64,000 nucleotides of DNA from Octopus sinensis (lineage: Eukaryota). Both the position numbers and the translations under genes were made by a program. Of the stretch, positions 14,840-28,472 are shown in pieces. Numbering within the stretch: the stretch's first letter is position 1; each line of letters opens with the position of its first letter. The DNA lies in NCBI RefSeq assembly GCF_006345805.1, contig NC_043009.1, positions 50,344,001 through 50,408,000 on the forward strand, written 5' to 3'. The notes under the pieces were generated by a model that searched no databases, had not been told where the DNA came from, and saw only the letters and a list, made by a program, of their open reading frames with translations.

Positions 14840-15930
14840 GATGAAGAGGAGGGGAGGCAGCATTGAAATGATGATGATGGTGATGATTATAAAAAGTTCT
14901 TATGGATTAAACTGTATTGCAAAAGTTTGCCGCAAAAGAAAAGATAAAAAGATAAATATAAGGGTGAAAGAAAATTTAAAACAAAAGCAAATACAGTAAT
15001 AAAAATGTTTTGTTTTTTATTTCTCTCTTCATAGCATACTCTCTGAGAGAAACGCAGGTAGTGATTATGTTCCAAAATATTAATATAGTTTTAAAAGGCC
15101 ATTTAAATAAAAATTACATTTTTATTGCTTTATTACATGGAGAACTATTGAGATAGTTTCCAATTATTTTCTCCTTGTGCTCTTACTGTTATTATCATTT
15201 TTATTATTATTATATTATTTTAAATCTTCAAATAATTTTAAAGAGTTAAGTGCATTTAAAGAAGGTAGACATAGCTTTTGAAGGAAGCTAATATAGTTTC
15301 GCCAACTTCAACAGCAATGCAAACTGATGAGCAAAAACAAAATGACAAACGAAAAAGAGTAAGAAATAAACTGTAAATAAATTTCAATACAGGGTGAGTT
15401 GGGGCTTTCTAATGTCAGTCCACTTTATGGCTCAACAGAAATAATAAGGATTTGGCATGCAAATACTCCAAAGTACTGTTCAAACCTATGATTGTAAACT
15501 GACGTTAGTGGGGAACAATTATTATTGAACTGTTTTTAAATAAGGGGATATCAACAGGATGTAGAGTGTTTGCTCAACATCATTTATATGGCAGTGGATG
15601 GCAGCAGCTGAGGAAAGAATTAAAAAGCTGAAATGCAAAAGCACTCACAGTAAATGTTTGAAAGCTGCCCCAGAGAACAGGTGTAGGACTTGTTAAACAT
15701 CTCATGAACGAAATCATACATTCAGATAGTATTGCTAATGACTGTCAACTACCACACTAACAATCACAACAATAACATAAGTGAGGCATTAAACAGGAAG
15801 GCTTGTGAGGGCTAACATTTATATAGAAATAAAATAATGAGGAAAGAAGTAGAGAGGGCTTATATCTGAATAAATAAATTACCAGGGCTTAAACCAGGAT
15901 CTCATACACACATGCACCCACCCACACACA

Positions 15931-15971
<41 letters not shown>

Positions 15972-17058
15972 TACATACATGCACACACATTTAGTAAAAT
16001 AGCCTCTCTGTTAAGTGCAAAAGACAATATGTTCATTGAACTGTTTGTTCCCATGATTCTGACAGTAATTATTGAGGTACTATTTCTGAAATATATTACA
16101 TGATATTGATTTTTAATACTGAGAATGAAACCACACATTCTGCGGAGAGATTAGAGTCGATTAAATAAACAGGTACATTATTTTATTGGCTAAGGGAAGG
16201 ATGAAATGCAAAGTTGACCTCATTGTGATTTGAACTCAGAATGTAAAGAAATACAATGAAATAACACAAAGCAGTCTGACTGACTACCAGTTCTACCAAT
16301 CAACAAAATTACTTTCCCAGAGTGCTTCTTTTCAGCTAAGTGGATTGAACTGAAGAATATTGTCTTTGCTAAGACCACAAGACTGGATATGACTGGATAT
16401 GAATTGTTAACTCCTTATTTTGGAGGATGACAATTTAATGACACAATCAACTAAGACTTCCAATTGTTGAATTAAAAGTAGACATTTCACAGTTTAGAAG
16501 CTGACAGATAAGTAAAAATCTCCAAAAAGATTTAGAGCAAATAATAAACTTTAAAGAATTAACAATCTGAGTAGCATTCTAAGGTTTTAATGGTAAATTG
16601 CAAATGTAAACAAATAAAGTAGTTTAACGAAAAGAAAATTTAAGATCATGTAGATTTAGCAGGGAAAAAAAATTGAGCCTAGTTTTCCCTTACTTTATAA
16701 ACTCAAGCAAGTTTTCCTGACTTTTTCATCATTGAATTAACAGAAAAGAATAAAATAGATTGAAATTAAATATTTCTAAAAGTAAACAGTAAGCTTAGAT
16801 AGAACATACATAATTTTATAGCAAGGTCAGATTCAACAAATTCGTTGTCAAAATCTTTTCTGGTATGACAATCCCTCCAGCCTGTGAGAGACTAGTATCC
16901 CATCCAGTGGAATATGTCCTACTCATTTATCACAATTAAAACTGAACCTACTTAGTTTGTGAGAGGAATTTAAGGAAGAGCAAAATCCTTATAAACAACA
17001 CACTAATACATTTCCTCTGAGTTCAAATGACATCAAAATAATAATCTCTTTACATATA

Positions 17059-17472
17059 TACTCTCTCTTTTTACTCTTTTACTTGTTTCAGTCATTTGAC
17101 TGCGGCCATGCTGGAGCACCGCCTTTAGTCAAGCAAATCGACCCCGGGACTTATTCTTTGTAAGCCCAGCTCTTATTCCATCGGTCTCTTTTGCCGAACC
17201 GCTAAGTGACGGGGACGTAAACACACCAGCATCGGTTGTCAAGCAATGCTAGGGGGAGAAACACAGACGCACAACCCCACCCCACATATATACATATATA
17301 CATATATACGACAGGCTTCTTTCAGTTTCCGTCTACCAAATCCACTCACAAGGCATTGGTCGGCCCGGGGCTATAGCAGAAGACACTTGCCCAAGATGCC
17401 ACGCAGTGGGACTGAACCCGGTACCATGTGGTTGGTTAGCAAGCTACTTACCACACAGCCACTCCTGCGCCT
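17059..17472 (-). mobile_element. tRNA-derived SINE, family A, full length
   Basis: Head aggcgcaggagtggctgtgtggtaag, B box gggttcagtccc, internal (TA)/(TG) microsatellite, tail aagtaaaagagtaaaaagagag. Near-identical copies at 30155 and 63224. Confidence 0.92.
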
Positions 17473-17498
17473 ATATATATAAAATATATACATATATT

Positions 17499-17798
17499 GA
17501 AGGCATGTGGCTATGTGGTACAGGTATTCAGCTCATGGTAATAAGATCATGAGTTCAATTTTCGGTGGCACATTGTTTTATGTTGCTCCAGTCCACTCAG
17601 CTGGCAAAAATGAGTAGTGCTTGTAAATTCAAAGTGCCAGCCTTGTCACATTCCGTGTCACACTGAATCTCCCTGAGAACTACATCAAGGGTACACATGT
17701 CTGTGGAGAGCTCAGTCACTTGCATGCTAATTTCATGATCAAGCTGTTTCATTGACTGGCTCAACTGTGATCCTCGTCATGGTAACCTATGGAGTGCC
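17499..17798 (+). mobile_element. Older SINE: tRNA head + CORE-like segment + family-B 3' half
   Basis: gctccagtccactcagctggcaaaaatgagt followed by ccttgtcac...gagaactac...gtctgtggag...ggagtg, which is shared with family B. Confidence 0.75.
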
Positions 17799-17829
17799 GT
17801 GTGTGTGTGTGTGTGTGTGCGCATGTGCA

Positions 17830-17860
<31 letters not shown>

Positions 17861-18605
17861 GGGACTCAGAGAGAAAGGAAGAGAGACAGCATCAGATAAA
17901 AGTTACATTTATATCATCCATTGAATTAAAATGAAGGACCCAACTCTGAAATATTTTTGGAAAGAACAACACTATTTTGAATAAGAGCAATATAAAGCAA
18001 GATGAGTGAAGATATTAGGTTGCAGATACGGGGGGGGGGAATAATAAATAAATAAATAAATAAATAAATACAATCAATTTGATTTTCATGAAAAATGCAT
18101 GTTTGCTTGCAACTGAAAAGCAGCTTGACAGAATTGCATTAGAACTAACCAATATTCTGACGAAACCAGGTGTTGGTTTGTCAGTTGTCAGGCAAGAAAG
18201 ACGAAGGAGGAAGGGAAAGCGTTGGCGAAGGTGAATGGCGATGGAGAAAAGAGAGAGAAAGATCGAGAGAGAGAGAGAGAGAGAGAGAGACTGTGAAAAC
18301 AACTAGTTCTTTCCAGCTGTCTGTGTCCAGTTAAAACTGGCCATTGAAGTAAGTATCCGACATTTTGACAGCGAGGCCCTACAAAGGATACACAGAACAC
18401 AGCTAACATGCTTGGCAACTCTAACAGTGAGTTAATTATTAATAAGTCCAACCAGAGCTATGGATGATAATCTCATCTTGTGGGCAAAGGAGAGCAGCAA
18501 ACATGGTCGACATTGCAGTGTTAACTGTGTATGAGTATGTGGTGTGTGAGAGAGTGAGCATTATGCCTGCATCTGAACATGTGACTGTTTATATCAGCAT
18601 GAGCT

Positions 18606-18637
<32 letters not shown>

Positions 18638-18827
18638 ATGCTCTGTTATTTATTTCTGTGTGTGTATTGAATTGTGTTGTGTATATGTTAATGCTTCAAG
18701 TGTATAGGTAAGATTTATGTATGCATTACAAGCTGAAGTGAGAGGAGGTTATTCTTGAGCATAAATATCTACATGTCTACATATGTTCATGTCCAAAGTG
18801 TGTTGTGTGAGCATGTATGCATGCAGT

Positions 18828-19213
18828 AGTGGAGGTGCAATGGCCCAGTGGTTAGGGCAGCGGACTCGCGGTCATAGGATCGCGGTTTCGATTCCCAGAC
18901 CGGGCGTTGTGAGTGTTTATTGAGCGAAAACACCTAAAAGATCCACGAGGCTCTGGCAGGGGATGGTGGTGATCCCTGCTGTACTCTTTCACCACAACTT
19001 TCTCACTCTTACTTCCTGTTTCTGTTGTACCTGTACTTCAAAGGGCCGGCCTTGTCACTCTCTGTGTCACGCTGAATATCCCCGAGAACTACGTTAAGGG
19101 TACATGTGTCTGTGGAGTGCTCAGCCACTTACACATTAATTTCACGAGCAGGCTGTTCCATTGATTCGGATCAACCGGAACCCTCATCGTCGTAACCGAC
19201 GGAGTGCTTCCAC
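18828..19213 (+). mobile_element. tRNA-derived SINE, family B, full length
   Basis: A box tggcccagtgg, B box ggtttcgattccc. Imperfect 11-bp TSD atgcatgcagt / atgcgtgcagt. Confidence 0.9.
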
Positions 19214-19443
19214 ATGCGTGCAGTGATCTTGTGTGTGTGTGTGTGTGCTGTGATCTTGTGTGTGTGTTTAAGTGTGAGTGAGCAAGTGTATGTAGCTATA
19301 TGGTGGGGTGGGCACCAAATGAAAATCGAAGTATAAAAGAAAAGAGGTGTACAAAGATATTTCTAATATACCAACAAATTTAATTCCATCAGACCATGTT
19401 TGTAATACATGGTCAAACAGTGACAGCTTTTATATTTTGTCCA

Positions 19444-19560
19444 GGGTCGATAAATAAAGTACCAGTTTCGAACTGGGGTCGATGTAATCGACTTAATCCC
19501 TTTGTCTTTCCTTGTTTGTCCCCTCTATGTTTAGCCCCCTGTGGGCAATAAAGAAATAGA
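19444..19560 (+). mobile_element. SINE family C, 5'-truncated
   Basis: gggtcgataaataaagtaccag...tttagccccctgtgggcaataaagaaata, matching the full copies at 54798 and 59980. Confidence 0.85.
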
Positions 19561-19646
19561 TATTAAAAGGATTAGAAAAATTAATTAAAACCTTCAAATC
19601 AAGAAGGAAAATAAGAGAAGGAAATATTAAATAATATTAAATAAAT

Positions 19647-19805
19647 AGGTGGTGTGGCTGTATGGTAAGAAGTGTGCTTCCTAACCACATGGTTTCAGGT
19701 TCAGTCCCACTGCATGGCACCTTGGGCAAGTGTCCTCTACTACAGCTTCAGGCCAACCAAAGCTTTGTGAGTGAATTTGGTAGACAGAAACTGAAAGAGG
19801 CCCAA

Positions 19806-19860
<55 letters not shown>

Positions 19861-20090
19861 GTGTGCATGTTTTTGTGTATGTGTTTGTCCCCTACTATCA
19901 CTTGACAACCTGTGTTGGTGTGTTTACATCCTTGTAACCTAGCATTACAGCAAAAGCAACTGGGAGAATAAGTATCAGGCTTTACAAAACAAAATAAGTA
20001 CTGGGGTCGATTCATTTGACTAAAATTCTTAAAAACGAGAGCCCCAGCATAACCACAGTCTAATGACCAAAACAAGTAAAAGATAAAAAA
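19647..20090 (+). mobile_element. SINE family A, older diverged copy
   Basis: Collinear with family A from head to tail, with an expanded internal (TA)n and many substitutions. Confidence 0.8.
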
Positions 20091-20369
20091 ATAAATAGAA
20101 GCTCTACAGAGTCATTTTAGAAAGCAACAAACCAGTTGCTTTATAGAACTCTAATTTGGTCAAATATCTATATATTTTCAAAGTTTTTGCTCACTTGCTT
20201 CTTTTTTATTTCATTTTCTTTTCAAAAAAATAAAATAATAATAATCAAATGGAAAGGAAGCCTCTTTGATTATGGTAAGGTTTCTAGAATCGATAAATGT
20301 GAAGATTGGGCTAGATAACATACATATTTTTTATTGCTGTTACTCAACAAATGAGAGACCTTCAACACA

Positions 20370-20520
20370 ACTGTTCGACCTGCTAGAAATAGCAACCAAA
20401 GTTCTTCCACTTACACCCCACTGTCTTCAGAAAACAGGTAAACAAACATTCATTGGATATACAAAAGAATGGGACCAAAGCAGAAATGCATTTCATCATA
20501 GGCTCACACAGAACTGATCT
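20370..20520 (+). mobile_element. Old interspersed repeat family F fragment
   Basis: ttcgacctgctagaaatagcaaccaaa...tttcatcataggctc. Confidence 0.5.
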
Positions 20521-20555
20521 AACACAAAAAAACATGCTGTCCTCTCTCCAATGTT

Positions 20556-20752
20556 GAGACATGTGGCTTAGGGTGTTGCTGAGTGGTTAGAGTGTTGGAC
20601 TCATGATTGTAAGACTGGTTGTGTTCTTGAGCAAGACACTTTATTTCATGTTGCTCCAGTCCACTCAGCTGGCAAAAACAAGTAATCCTGTGACAGACTG
20701 GTGTCCCGTCCAGGTGGGGAATGTACATGTCACGAAACCGGGAAACTGGCCC
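20556..20752 (+). mobile_element. SINE with CORE-like and V-like central segments
   Basis: cttgagcaagacacttta...ccactcagctggcaaaaa, then cctgtgacagactggtgtcccgtccagg (resembles the V-SINE core), ending gaaaccgggaaactggccc. Confidence 0.6.
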
Positions 20753-20914
20753 TTCCAGTTCACAGCCAGCATCTTATAAAAAACAAAAGACTGTTAGATA
20801 ATGTAACCTGAAATATAATAACAATCATTGTCCTTACTCTTTACTAAAACCTCTGCTTCTCTGAAACATATCTAGTTTCTAATACCTCAGCTCTCTATTG
20901 TCCACACTCCATGC

Positions 20915-21170
20915 CATATGTTAAACACACTACTTTCGCATTTTGCTAAATACACTGCCCCATCCTGTGGCAGTGTATTTGTTAAATACACTGCCACACA
21001 CTGTGTTAAATACACTTTGTTAAAAATGCTGCTATCTATCTGTATTGAATACTACACATATCCTGTGTTAAATACAGTGCCCACATCCTCTGTTAAATGC
21101 ATTGCCAAAACATACCCTATATTAAACACATTGTCCCTGCCCACACCCTGTTTTGAACACACTGCCTGGT
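20915..21170. repeat. Degenerate ~23-bp minisatellite (TGTTAAATACACTGCCCACATCC-like)
   Basis: About 10 diverged units. One unit is inverted at 20969-20980. Confidence 0.7.
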
Positions 21171-21788
21171 TCATTGTTACAATAAATATTTATACACCCT
21201 CCTTTCATGTTCATATTTTATCTCATAAATAACCAATTTGCAATAACATCAAAACTAACAAGCCATTAAGAGAACTTCTTCATTTGCCCAAATATGTTTT
21301 TAAAATTTTAGAAATGCATGTTCTGCAAGAAGAAAGAGAAAGACACTAAATGTATTCTAAGCCCCGAAGAACTTTCTTAAAGACTGTCGCTTGGTTCCAC
21401 TTTCAACACTATTAAACAAATGAGAAATAAAATTGCATCTCAATGGGATAGTAGTCTATCACATGTAACATAAAATGTGAAGCAATAAAGATGGGATGGA
21501 GATGACAAGAAAAGCTAAAGTACTGAGGCTCAGTACAAACTTACATGCTGATTATATGATTATATTAGGAAACATAAGTGTTTATAGAGTTAGGTATACC
21601 ACAGTGTTTGATCAACTATGTTCATCTCATAAATCTACTTGACCAGACGTCAAATATATAGGAAGAGCAGACAAGTAGATGGTGGACAGGCAGGGAAAAA
21701 ACCTAAAATCTAATTGACATTTAATTAATTGAAATACACACAAACACACACATATTTGATGCATTCTCAATCATTTCTCAATATTTTA

Positions 21789-21831
<43 letters not shown>

Positions 21832-22402
21832 ACAACACTAATACAGGTGGACTATTTTCTGACATGTACAAAAGACACACACACACACAAAAGTGTCTTT
21901 CTCAAAAGTGTCTTTCTCAAGGACACTCACCAGTATATAAATTTCATCACCAATGCAGTAAAATGAGTATCAAAAACCTCAAAAGTGCAAAACACAGACA
22001 AATGATAAGCACAATTTATCCCTGACAATGCCAACAGCTTCTACACCACTATGCACACGTGTGGGTTCAAAGAAAAAATAATATTTCTACACAACACCAA
22101 CATCTCTGTACATCCAGTTATAATTTCTACTTCACACAAAACAGAAGATAAATGCAGATCCAAATCTACCAATCTTTTCGTTAGCTTCCAACTGTGTAAG
22201 AGTACAAATTATAACGGTAATCATATCAATCTTCACTGCATTTACCATCATACCATCTGTGTGTAGTAGAACAGACAAGACACTAGACTGGATGCAGCAT
22301 GCCCTGACTGTCATACTGCATCCCACACAATCAATCATAAAATTGGTGGAGAACACAGCATGGTCTAAAAGTTAATCAAGAACAGAGCATATTTTGTATG
22401 TG

Positions 22403-22450
<48 letters not shown>

Positions 22451-22896
22451 TGTGCAAGTGAGATCTATTGGTTGCCCTCTAGCTTTCAACTTTTCAATTG
22501 CCTATTTCTGTGGTGCATATCTGCCCAGCTAAAACATTGGCCAATCAAAACCTACGACCACAATAAAAGCTAGCTTTACATATAGAAATATGTAGAATGA
22601 TGATGATTATTCTACAATAACACCAATAAATTTCCTACAGATTTCTACACCCCATTGTGAATTACCAAGACTAATATCACAACAATATAATATAGCACAC
22701 TACTTCAGCAAGAAGGCTGCTGCCACAAACCTCTACCATCCACTTTGCCAAACGCCACCACTAAACATTGTTGTTGCTGTTTCCAGGAACATAACAACCA
22801 CTACTGTCATAACAGACAACTACCACAATAAATCACAATGACAGTTTCTCTAGTATGAACACTGTCCCCAAGTGTGATGACAACAACTGCTGTCGC

Positions 22897-22980
22897 CACC
22901 ACCAAAACCACCACCACCACCACCGCTGCCGCCACCACCACTGCCACCGCCACCACCACTGCCACCGCCGCCACCGCTGG
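22897..22980. repeat. (CCA)/(CCG) GC-rich triplet repeat
   Basis: accaccaccaccgctgccgccaccaccactgccaccgcc... Confidence 0.85.
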
Positions 22981-23003
22981 TCAGTGGTAGTTTCATTTTA
23001 GTG

Positions 23004-23207
23004 TTCTATAGAGGGTTAGTGGAGGGGTAGTGCGACAACATTCTTGGAGAAACTCTTGATGTCGACAAGGATCAACTTACTGGTCTGTTTCGGAGAACTT
23101 TTGGGCCTGGGCCTATGGATATCTTCCAGAAATCCATGGCTTGGCAGTGCTACCGAGGAGTGCTGCCCATTCAGGATAAACTTTACAGGCACGGAAGTGC
23201 CGTCAGC
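23004..23207 (+). mobile_element. Tx1/L1-clade LINE ORF2 fragment, just N-terminal of the zf-RVT cysteines
   Basis: Translates FYRGLVEG*CDNILGETLDVDKDQLTGLFRRTFGPGPMDIFQKSMAWQCYRGVLPIQDKLYRHGSAVS. This fits the (F/L)YRGLV...W..(L)P..D.L.R.G pattern of Tx1 ORF2. One in-frame stop. Confidence 0.75.
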
Positions 23208-23209
23208 CA

Positions 23210-23291
23210 AGGGTTGAATTGTTCAACTAAAAATGGTGCTCCAGCATGGCTGCAGTCAAATGACTGAAACAAGTAAAAGAATAAAAGAATA
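23210..23291 (+). mobile_element. SINE family A 3' tail only, fused to the Tx1 fragment
   Basis: gggttgaattgttcaactaaaaatggtgctccagcatggctgcagtcaaatgactgaaacaagtaaaagaataaaagaata. Confidence 0.8.
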
Positions 23292-23524
23292 TCTATTACT
23301 AACACTCTCTCAAACAGTATCATTAGCAACCATACTAGAACCCCCTGCCAAAACAGCACTACTACTAGCTATAATCCTTATACTCTCACCCACCCTATTA
23401 CCAACAGCAGTACTACAACCCCTTAGGATCTATGATCACAGTGATTACTGTCTTTCTCTCCCCCATTCTTTGAAGTGGCTTAAAAATTTTCTGGAGTTTC
23501 TAAAATCAAACAGTATTATGTGTT

Positions 23525-23629
<105 letters not shown>

Positions 23630-24593
23630 TGTGAATAGAATTTATGGAATATCAGTAAAAGACAGAAGAGAAGGCACTGCTAAATGTTACTCTTAAATTT
23701 ATGTCAGGCCAATAACCATGAAAGCAGGTTGAGTTGTTGAGAATAAACTGGAAATGTCTAAGTAGCAGTGGTAGTTCTAGTGACAACTATATTGTGATTT
23801 TGTAGGTTCCTATAATAAAGATGGGGATTTTTATGGTGTTCATAATACAACGATTGGAGAAAGGCAGTTTTCTCAATCAAAGAAGGGTTAATTTTTGACA
23901 ACAAAGCTCTCTAGATATAATATAGGAATTAAAAAAAAAACAAATTCATATTCAAGTACCAGGAAAACAGAGAACAAACAATAAGATCATGACAAAAATG
24001 TCTTTTCTCTTGGGAATAGTGATGGTAGTGGCAGGTGGGAGCAACATTTAGAGACTTATACAGATACAGTGAATGTGTGAGATAGTTAGAGAGATAGAGA
24101 ATAGAAAAGATAAACCAACAGATAAGCAAAGAGAAAGTATGTGTGTGTGTGTGTGTGTGTGTGTGGTGTATGAGAGAGAGAGAGAGATGGAGTTGAGTAA
24201 AAGTGAGAGAAAAACTGAGACAATAGAGAGAATGTGAGAATGAAAAAGATGGAGTGACATATTTCTTGAGGAAATTAAAATTTTAGCAAAAGAAGAGAAT
24301 CGATTATATATATATATACATATATATATATATGTATATGGAGAGAGAGATTATATGTAGATATATACATGTCTATGCATACGCCATTTATTTGAAATGC
24401 CCGAGGGACAGTTAGCAACAGTTGAAATTAGCAATAATGATGAGTCTGTTCATTCCTGCCATTACATCAGGAAAAAAAAAGAAGCCAAAAGCATATATAT
24501 ATATATATATATATATATAGCTGAAACCCTAAAACAGAGATAAAAAGATAGAGGAATAGGAAGATGATAAAAGGTAGACCAATTTTCCTAATT

Positions 24594-24594
24594 A

Positions 24595-24663
<69 letters not shown>

Positions 24664-24680
24664 TAGTAGTCGTGGTGGTG

Positions 24681-24724
<44 letters not shown>

Positions 24725-24737
24725 GGTGGTGGTAGTG

Positions 24738-24784
<47 letters not shown>

Positions 24785-24801
24785 GGTGGTAGTAGTAGTA
24801 A

Positions 24802-24832
<31 letters not shown>
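24594..24832. repeat. Compound (TAG)n/(TGG)n microsatellite
   Basis: About 240 bp of tag triplets with interspersed tgg blocks. Confidence 0.97.
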
Positions 24833-24833
<1 letters not shown>

Positions 24834-27800
24834 ACAGCAGCAGCTGCTACTGCTGTTGTGCATGGTTCGAAGGTGTAAAGTAAAATAAAATTAACAAAGG
24901 AAACTACTAAATAATGATCAACGTTGTACATTGAAGTTGCATCATTATTAGCCAGCAAAAATTACACCTGTCAGTCATTATTGCTAACAGCAGAACCAAT
25001 GATTATTATTAAGAAATTTGTACTTAAAATGAAGAATCTACATTTTATATTTGTCTCCTCTTCATCTCCTCTTCATTTTCATCTCCTCTACCATCTATCT
25101 ATCTTACTGACTGTAATCTCTCTATCGTGTCCTATATCTCATTATCTCTCTGTCACAAGGCAAAATTTCTCGAAACAACGTAAGATGTGCAGAATTCCTC
25201 CTGATAAATTTATAATTCAAGTTTTCAATAAGCATTAACATGTAACTTCCTGAAATTCTGTACAAGAGGAAATCTGCGGAGGACTTGGTAGGAAACATTA
25301 TCTGAGAAAAGATTGTGTATTTTCACATTTGCAAAGATGCAGTCTTAGCGAGAATAATCATTAACTTTAAAAGAGAAACGTTGGTTATTTTGTTTTGTCA
25401 TTTTTCTCATCTATTTTCTTTCTTTTTCATCTTCATCATTCCTTATTAGAACATTAATAATCATCTTCGTTGATTTTGTAGATAGTTTACCTAAACTTAC
25501 AGTAGTATTAGCTCAGAAACCGAATCCTCAAGTTGAAATAAGCAATACTTTTAGTGCATTCCCATTATCAACCTATAAATGCTAACAACATGTTAACATA
25601 TGCTGTTTCATAGAAAACCATTCCATTTGCATTTTGATGCAAAAAAAAAAATAAATAAAATAAATAAATAAATTATGATAATTCTATTTCATGCAAGAAA
25701 GACAGAGATGTACGAACATCTGATAAGAATAGATGATGTGGACAGAGAGAAACGAACAGCAAAGTGAGAGAGAGAGAGCGAGAGAGAGAGTGTATGTGTG
25801 TGTGTGTGTGTGTGTGTGTAAAGAGAGAAAGATATAGAGAGTAGATGAGGTGAATGAAATGAGAACTTGAATAAAGGTAATGAGATTAAGATCTAAGTAA
25901 GTGATATGTTGATGAAAAGACAGGTGGAGAAGAAAGATAAAGAGAAAAAGAGACAGAAAGAGAGAGAGAGAAAAACAGAGACAGAGAAAGATGTTCTTCC
26001 AAATGCCAGCAAACAGTGATAATTACTTTGCTGTTGTTGGTGTTCAGCCCCTGGTTAACCATGGTAGAATAGACACACCTATGATAAAAAGCATTCCAGC
26101 CATGACCATACTTTACCATTTTCTCTTTTTTTTTTTTTTTCAAAGGCAAGTGTACTCATCAGTTACTGTCACTATTTTGCATGCAATAAGTATGAGAGTA
26201 TTTAAAGGGCCTATACGTTTTGAAACTAGGGGCTTATGTGTATTTAATTCAGCTAATTCCTTATAAATTTGTAAACTTGGTTTAATTATTGTTGTTATTT
26301 TGCTCCAAAAATGACCCGATAGAGCAACCCATGATTAAAAGGCCTTCAAGCCATGTCCATCCCATTGTTTCATCCACCAGAAACAACATTATATTGTCTA
26401 ATATATCAATCTTCAAATCAAACTTGTAGAATTTGGTTTGAAGGGTCACTCAAAGGGAAGTTTCATAACCTAATATTTATGTGAATGATTTCCTGCCATC
26501 ACCATCAGTCTTCTGCACACTCTCTTAATGATTCTCATTCCTCATTCTTCACTCATAGCTTCACTATTTCAGAAACAAATAGAAAGATTAAAGAGTGACT
26601 GAATGAGGAAGGACATCAAAGAAGTTCAATATCACACAAATGTATTTTCAAATCTTACTTTTACTGATACTACTACTCTTTATCAAATCCATGCATTTCT
26701 TCAAATACTATCCCAATTCAACTTGCTGTCTTTCTCCATCTCCATCATTGACAAACAATAAACAGGACGTGGTGTGGAAAGGGATTTGGCAGCTATTACT
26801 CAAAATAAATGTTATACAAACAATTCAGACTCACTAACAATAAAGTTTTTGTTTACCTTCTCTGACCTTGAAAGAAATTTAAATAAATTAAAAATTTGCT
26901 TTTTCAACATACAGCACAACCTCTATTAACTTTGTTATCCAAATTCATGCAAAATGGCCCTTTTGAAATATTTTCTCTTAGCTTCTTTTCATCTTAATTA
27001 TGGAAATTACACTTGACCAAGAAGGTTTTCAACTATATTCTATATGTCAAATGTCTAAAACCTGTTCAGAGTTCAGAAGAGCAATGCTATGCTGATGATG
27101 TCTGTTAAGGCAAAACCATATATCTTAGGCTTCTCTTGTTATTGAAATAAAAATCAGTTTGTCTTTTTCATGTAGCTCATTAATAATGATAATTCTCCAC
27201 AGATCTAATTTTTGCAATTACCTTCCCCCCATTCCCATTCAGTCACTAACAATCACTGCTAATTTTTTTTGCTTATCTTCTCAAAATTCAAAGGAAATTT
27301 TAATAAATAAAGAATTGTGAATGGCATTCAGTATACACCCCACATCTGCTTATATTTATGTGTGTGTGTGTGTGTGTGTGTGATATGATGTACTTATATA
27401 TACACATATATCTACATATATGTATATTAACAAATTTTAGAAGTAGCATTTAAGATTGTTTCCTATTCTTCCACATATATAAGTATATTATGTGCGTATG
27501 TGCATGTACACATAAGTACACACACACACACATAAATATACCCCTATCTCTCTTTTCCGTCTTTTTCTATCTGTTTCCATAAATAAAGCAACTCGACATA
27601 AAGTAGTTAGAGTGTAGATAGAGAGATGTCTTTTCAAAAGCTGGAGATTATCACCCAATGTGTGATAAGTAAAATATGTTCAAATAATCTTTCTTTGAAA
27701 ATTGAATCATTGTTTGATGTTATCAGAAATTTTGTTATAAACTGAAAGACAAAGCTTCTTTTTACTGTTTTTTTTCAACCCAGCAGAGATATTTTGAAAA

Positions 27801-28129
27801 GCATTTTGTAGCTAAGGATTATTTTTGACAAAATTCAGAGATAGTTGGAGAAACAGGAAGTTTAAGTGTGTATGTGTGTGTGTGCGCATGCAAGCATACA
27901 CACATACACACACACAGATACACACACACAGAGGGATTTCTGAAAGCTCAAGTTAAATTGGTTGTTATATGTTTTCATGTATGTTTATTTTGAATAAGTT
28001 AACCGAGTGCATATACCTGTTGCTGCAGGAGCCATAAATAATCCATATACTGATTATGAGTTACTTTGTATATGTATTTGTATAATTGTATAGAAATATC
28101 AACTATTTACTTAGGTCTATTTATTAATA

Positions 28130-28201
28130 ATTATATATATATATATATATATAATATATATATTATATATATATTATATATATATATATACATATATATA
28201 T

Positions 28202-28260
<59 letters not shown>

Positions 28261-28284
28261 CATACATATATATATATATATATA

Positions 28285-28349
<65 letters not shown>

Positions 28350-28350
28350 A
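28130..28350. repeat. Interrupted (TA)n microsatellite
   Basis: Direct reading. Confidence 0.95.
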
Positions 28351-28351
28351 T

Positions 28352-28472
28352 ATCACCGTGATCACCGTGACCGACCAGGCTATCAGATGTTGTTACACAT
28401 CGCTGCTCACAGTGTGCTTCGCATTGTTTTAGCCTTCAAATGACGCCACCCCGCTAGCTAAGCGAGCAGGTC
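28352..28472 (-). mobile_element. SINE family G, young 5'-truncated 3' end inserted in (TA)n
   Basis: Homologous to 28900-29000. Tandem 9-mer tail (atcaccgtg x2 on plus). TA runs on both sides. Confidence 0.7.

Noticed and set aside
15500-15610. Faint RT-like motif (F*IRGYQQD / KGISTGC)
   Set aside because: Too degraded to tell from chance without a profile search.
17246-17482. Recurring peptide MLGG.TQTH...FRLPNPLTR...GTEPGTMWLVSKLLTTQPLL (also 30106, 59044, 63214)
   Set aside because: Antisense translation of SINE family A, not a gene family. The same holds for MDGSTGVWEARRLHQAQSDL from family D.
18828-18905. tRNA-like sequences at the heads of families A, B and C
   Set aside because: A and B boxes are present, but there is no complete cloverleaf or acceptor stem, and each continues into a SINE body.
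24467-24958. 163-aa poly-Thr ORF and overlapping poly-Val and poly-Tyr/His ORFs
   Set aside because: These are translations of the (TAG)/(TGG) microsatellite, open only because those frames lack stops.
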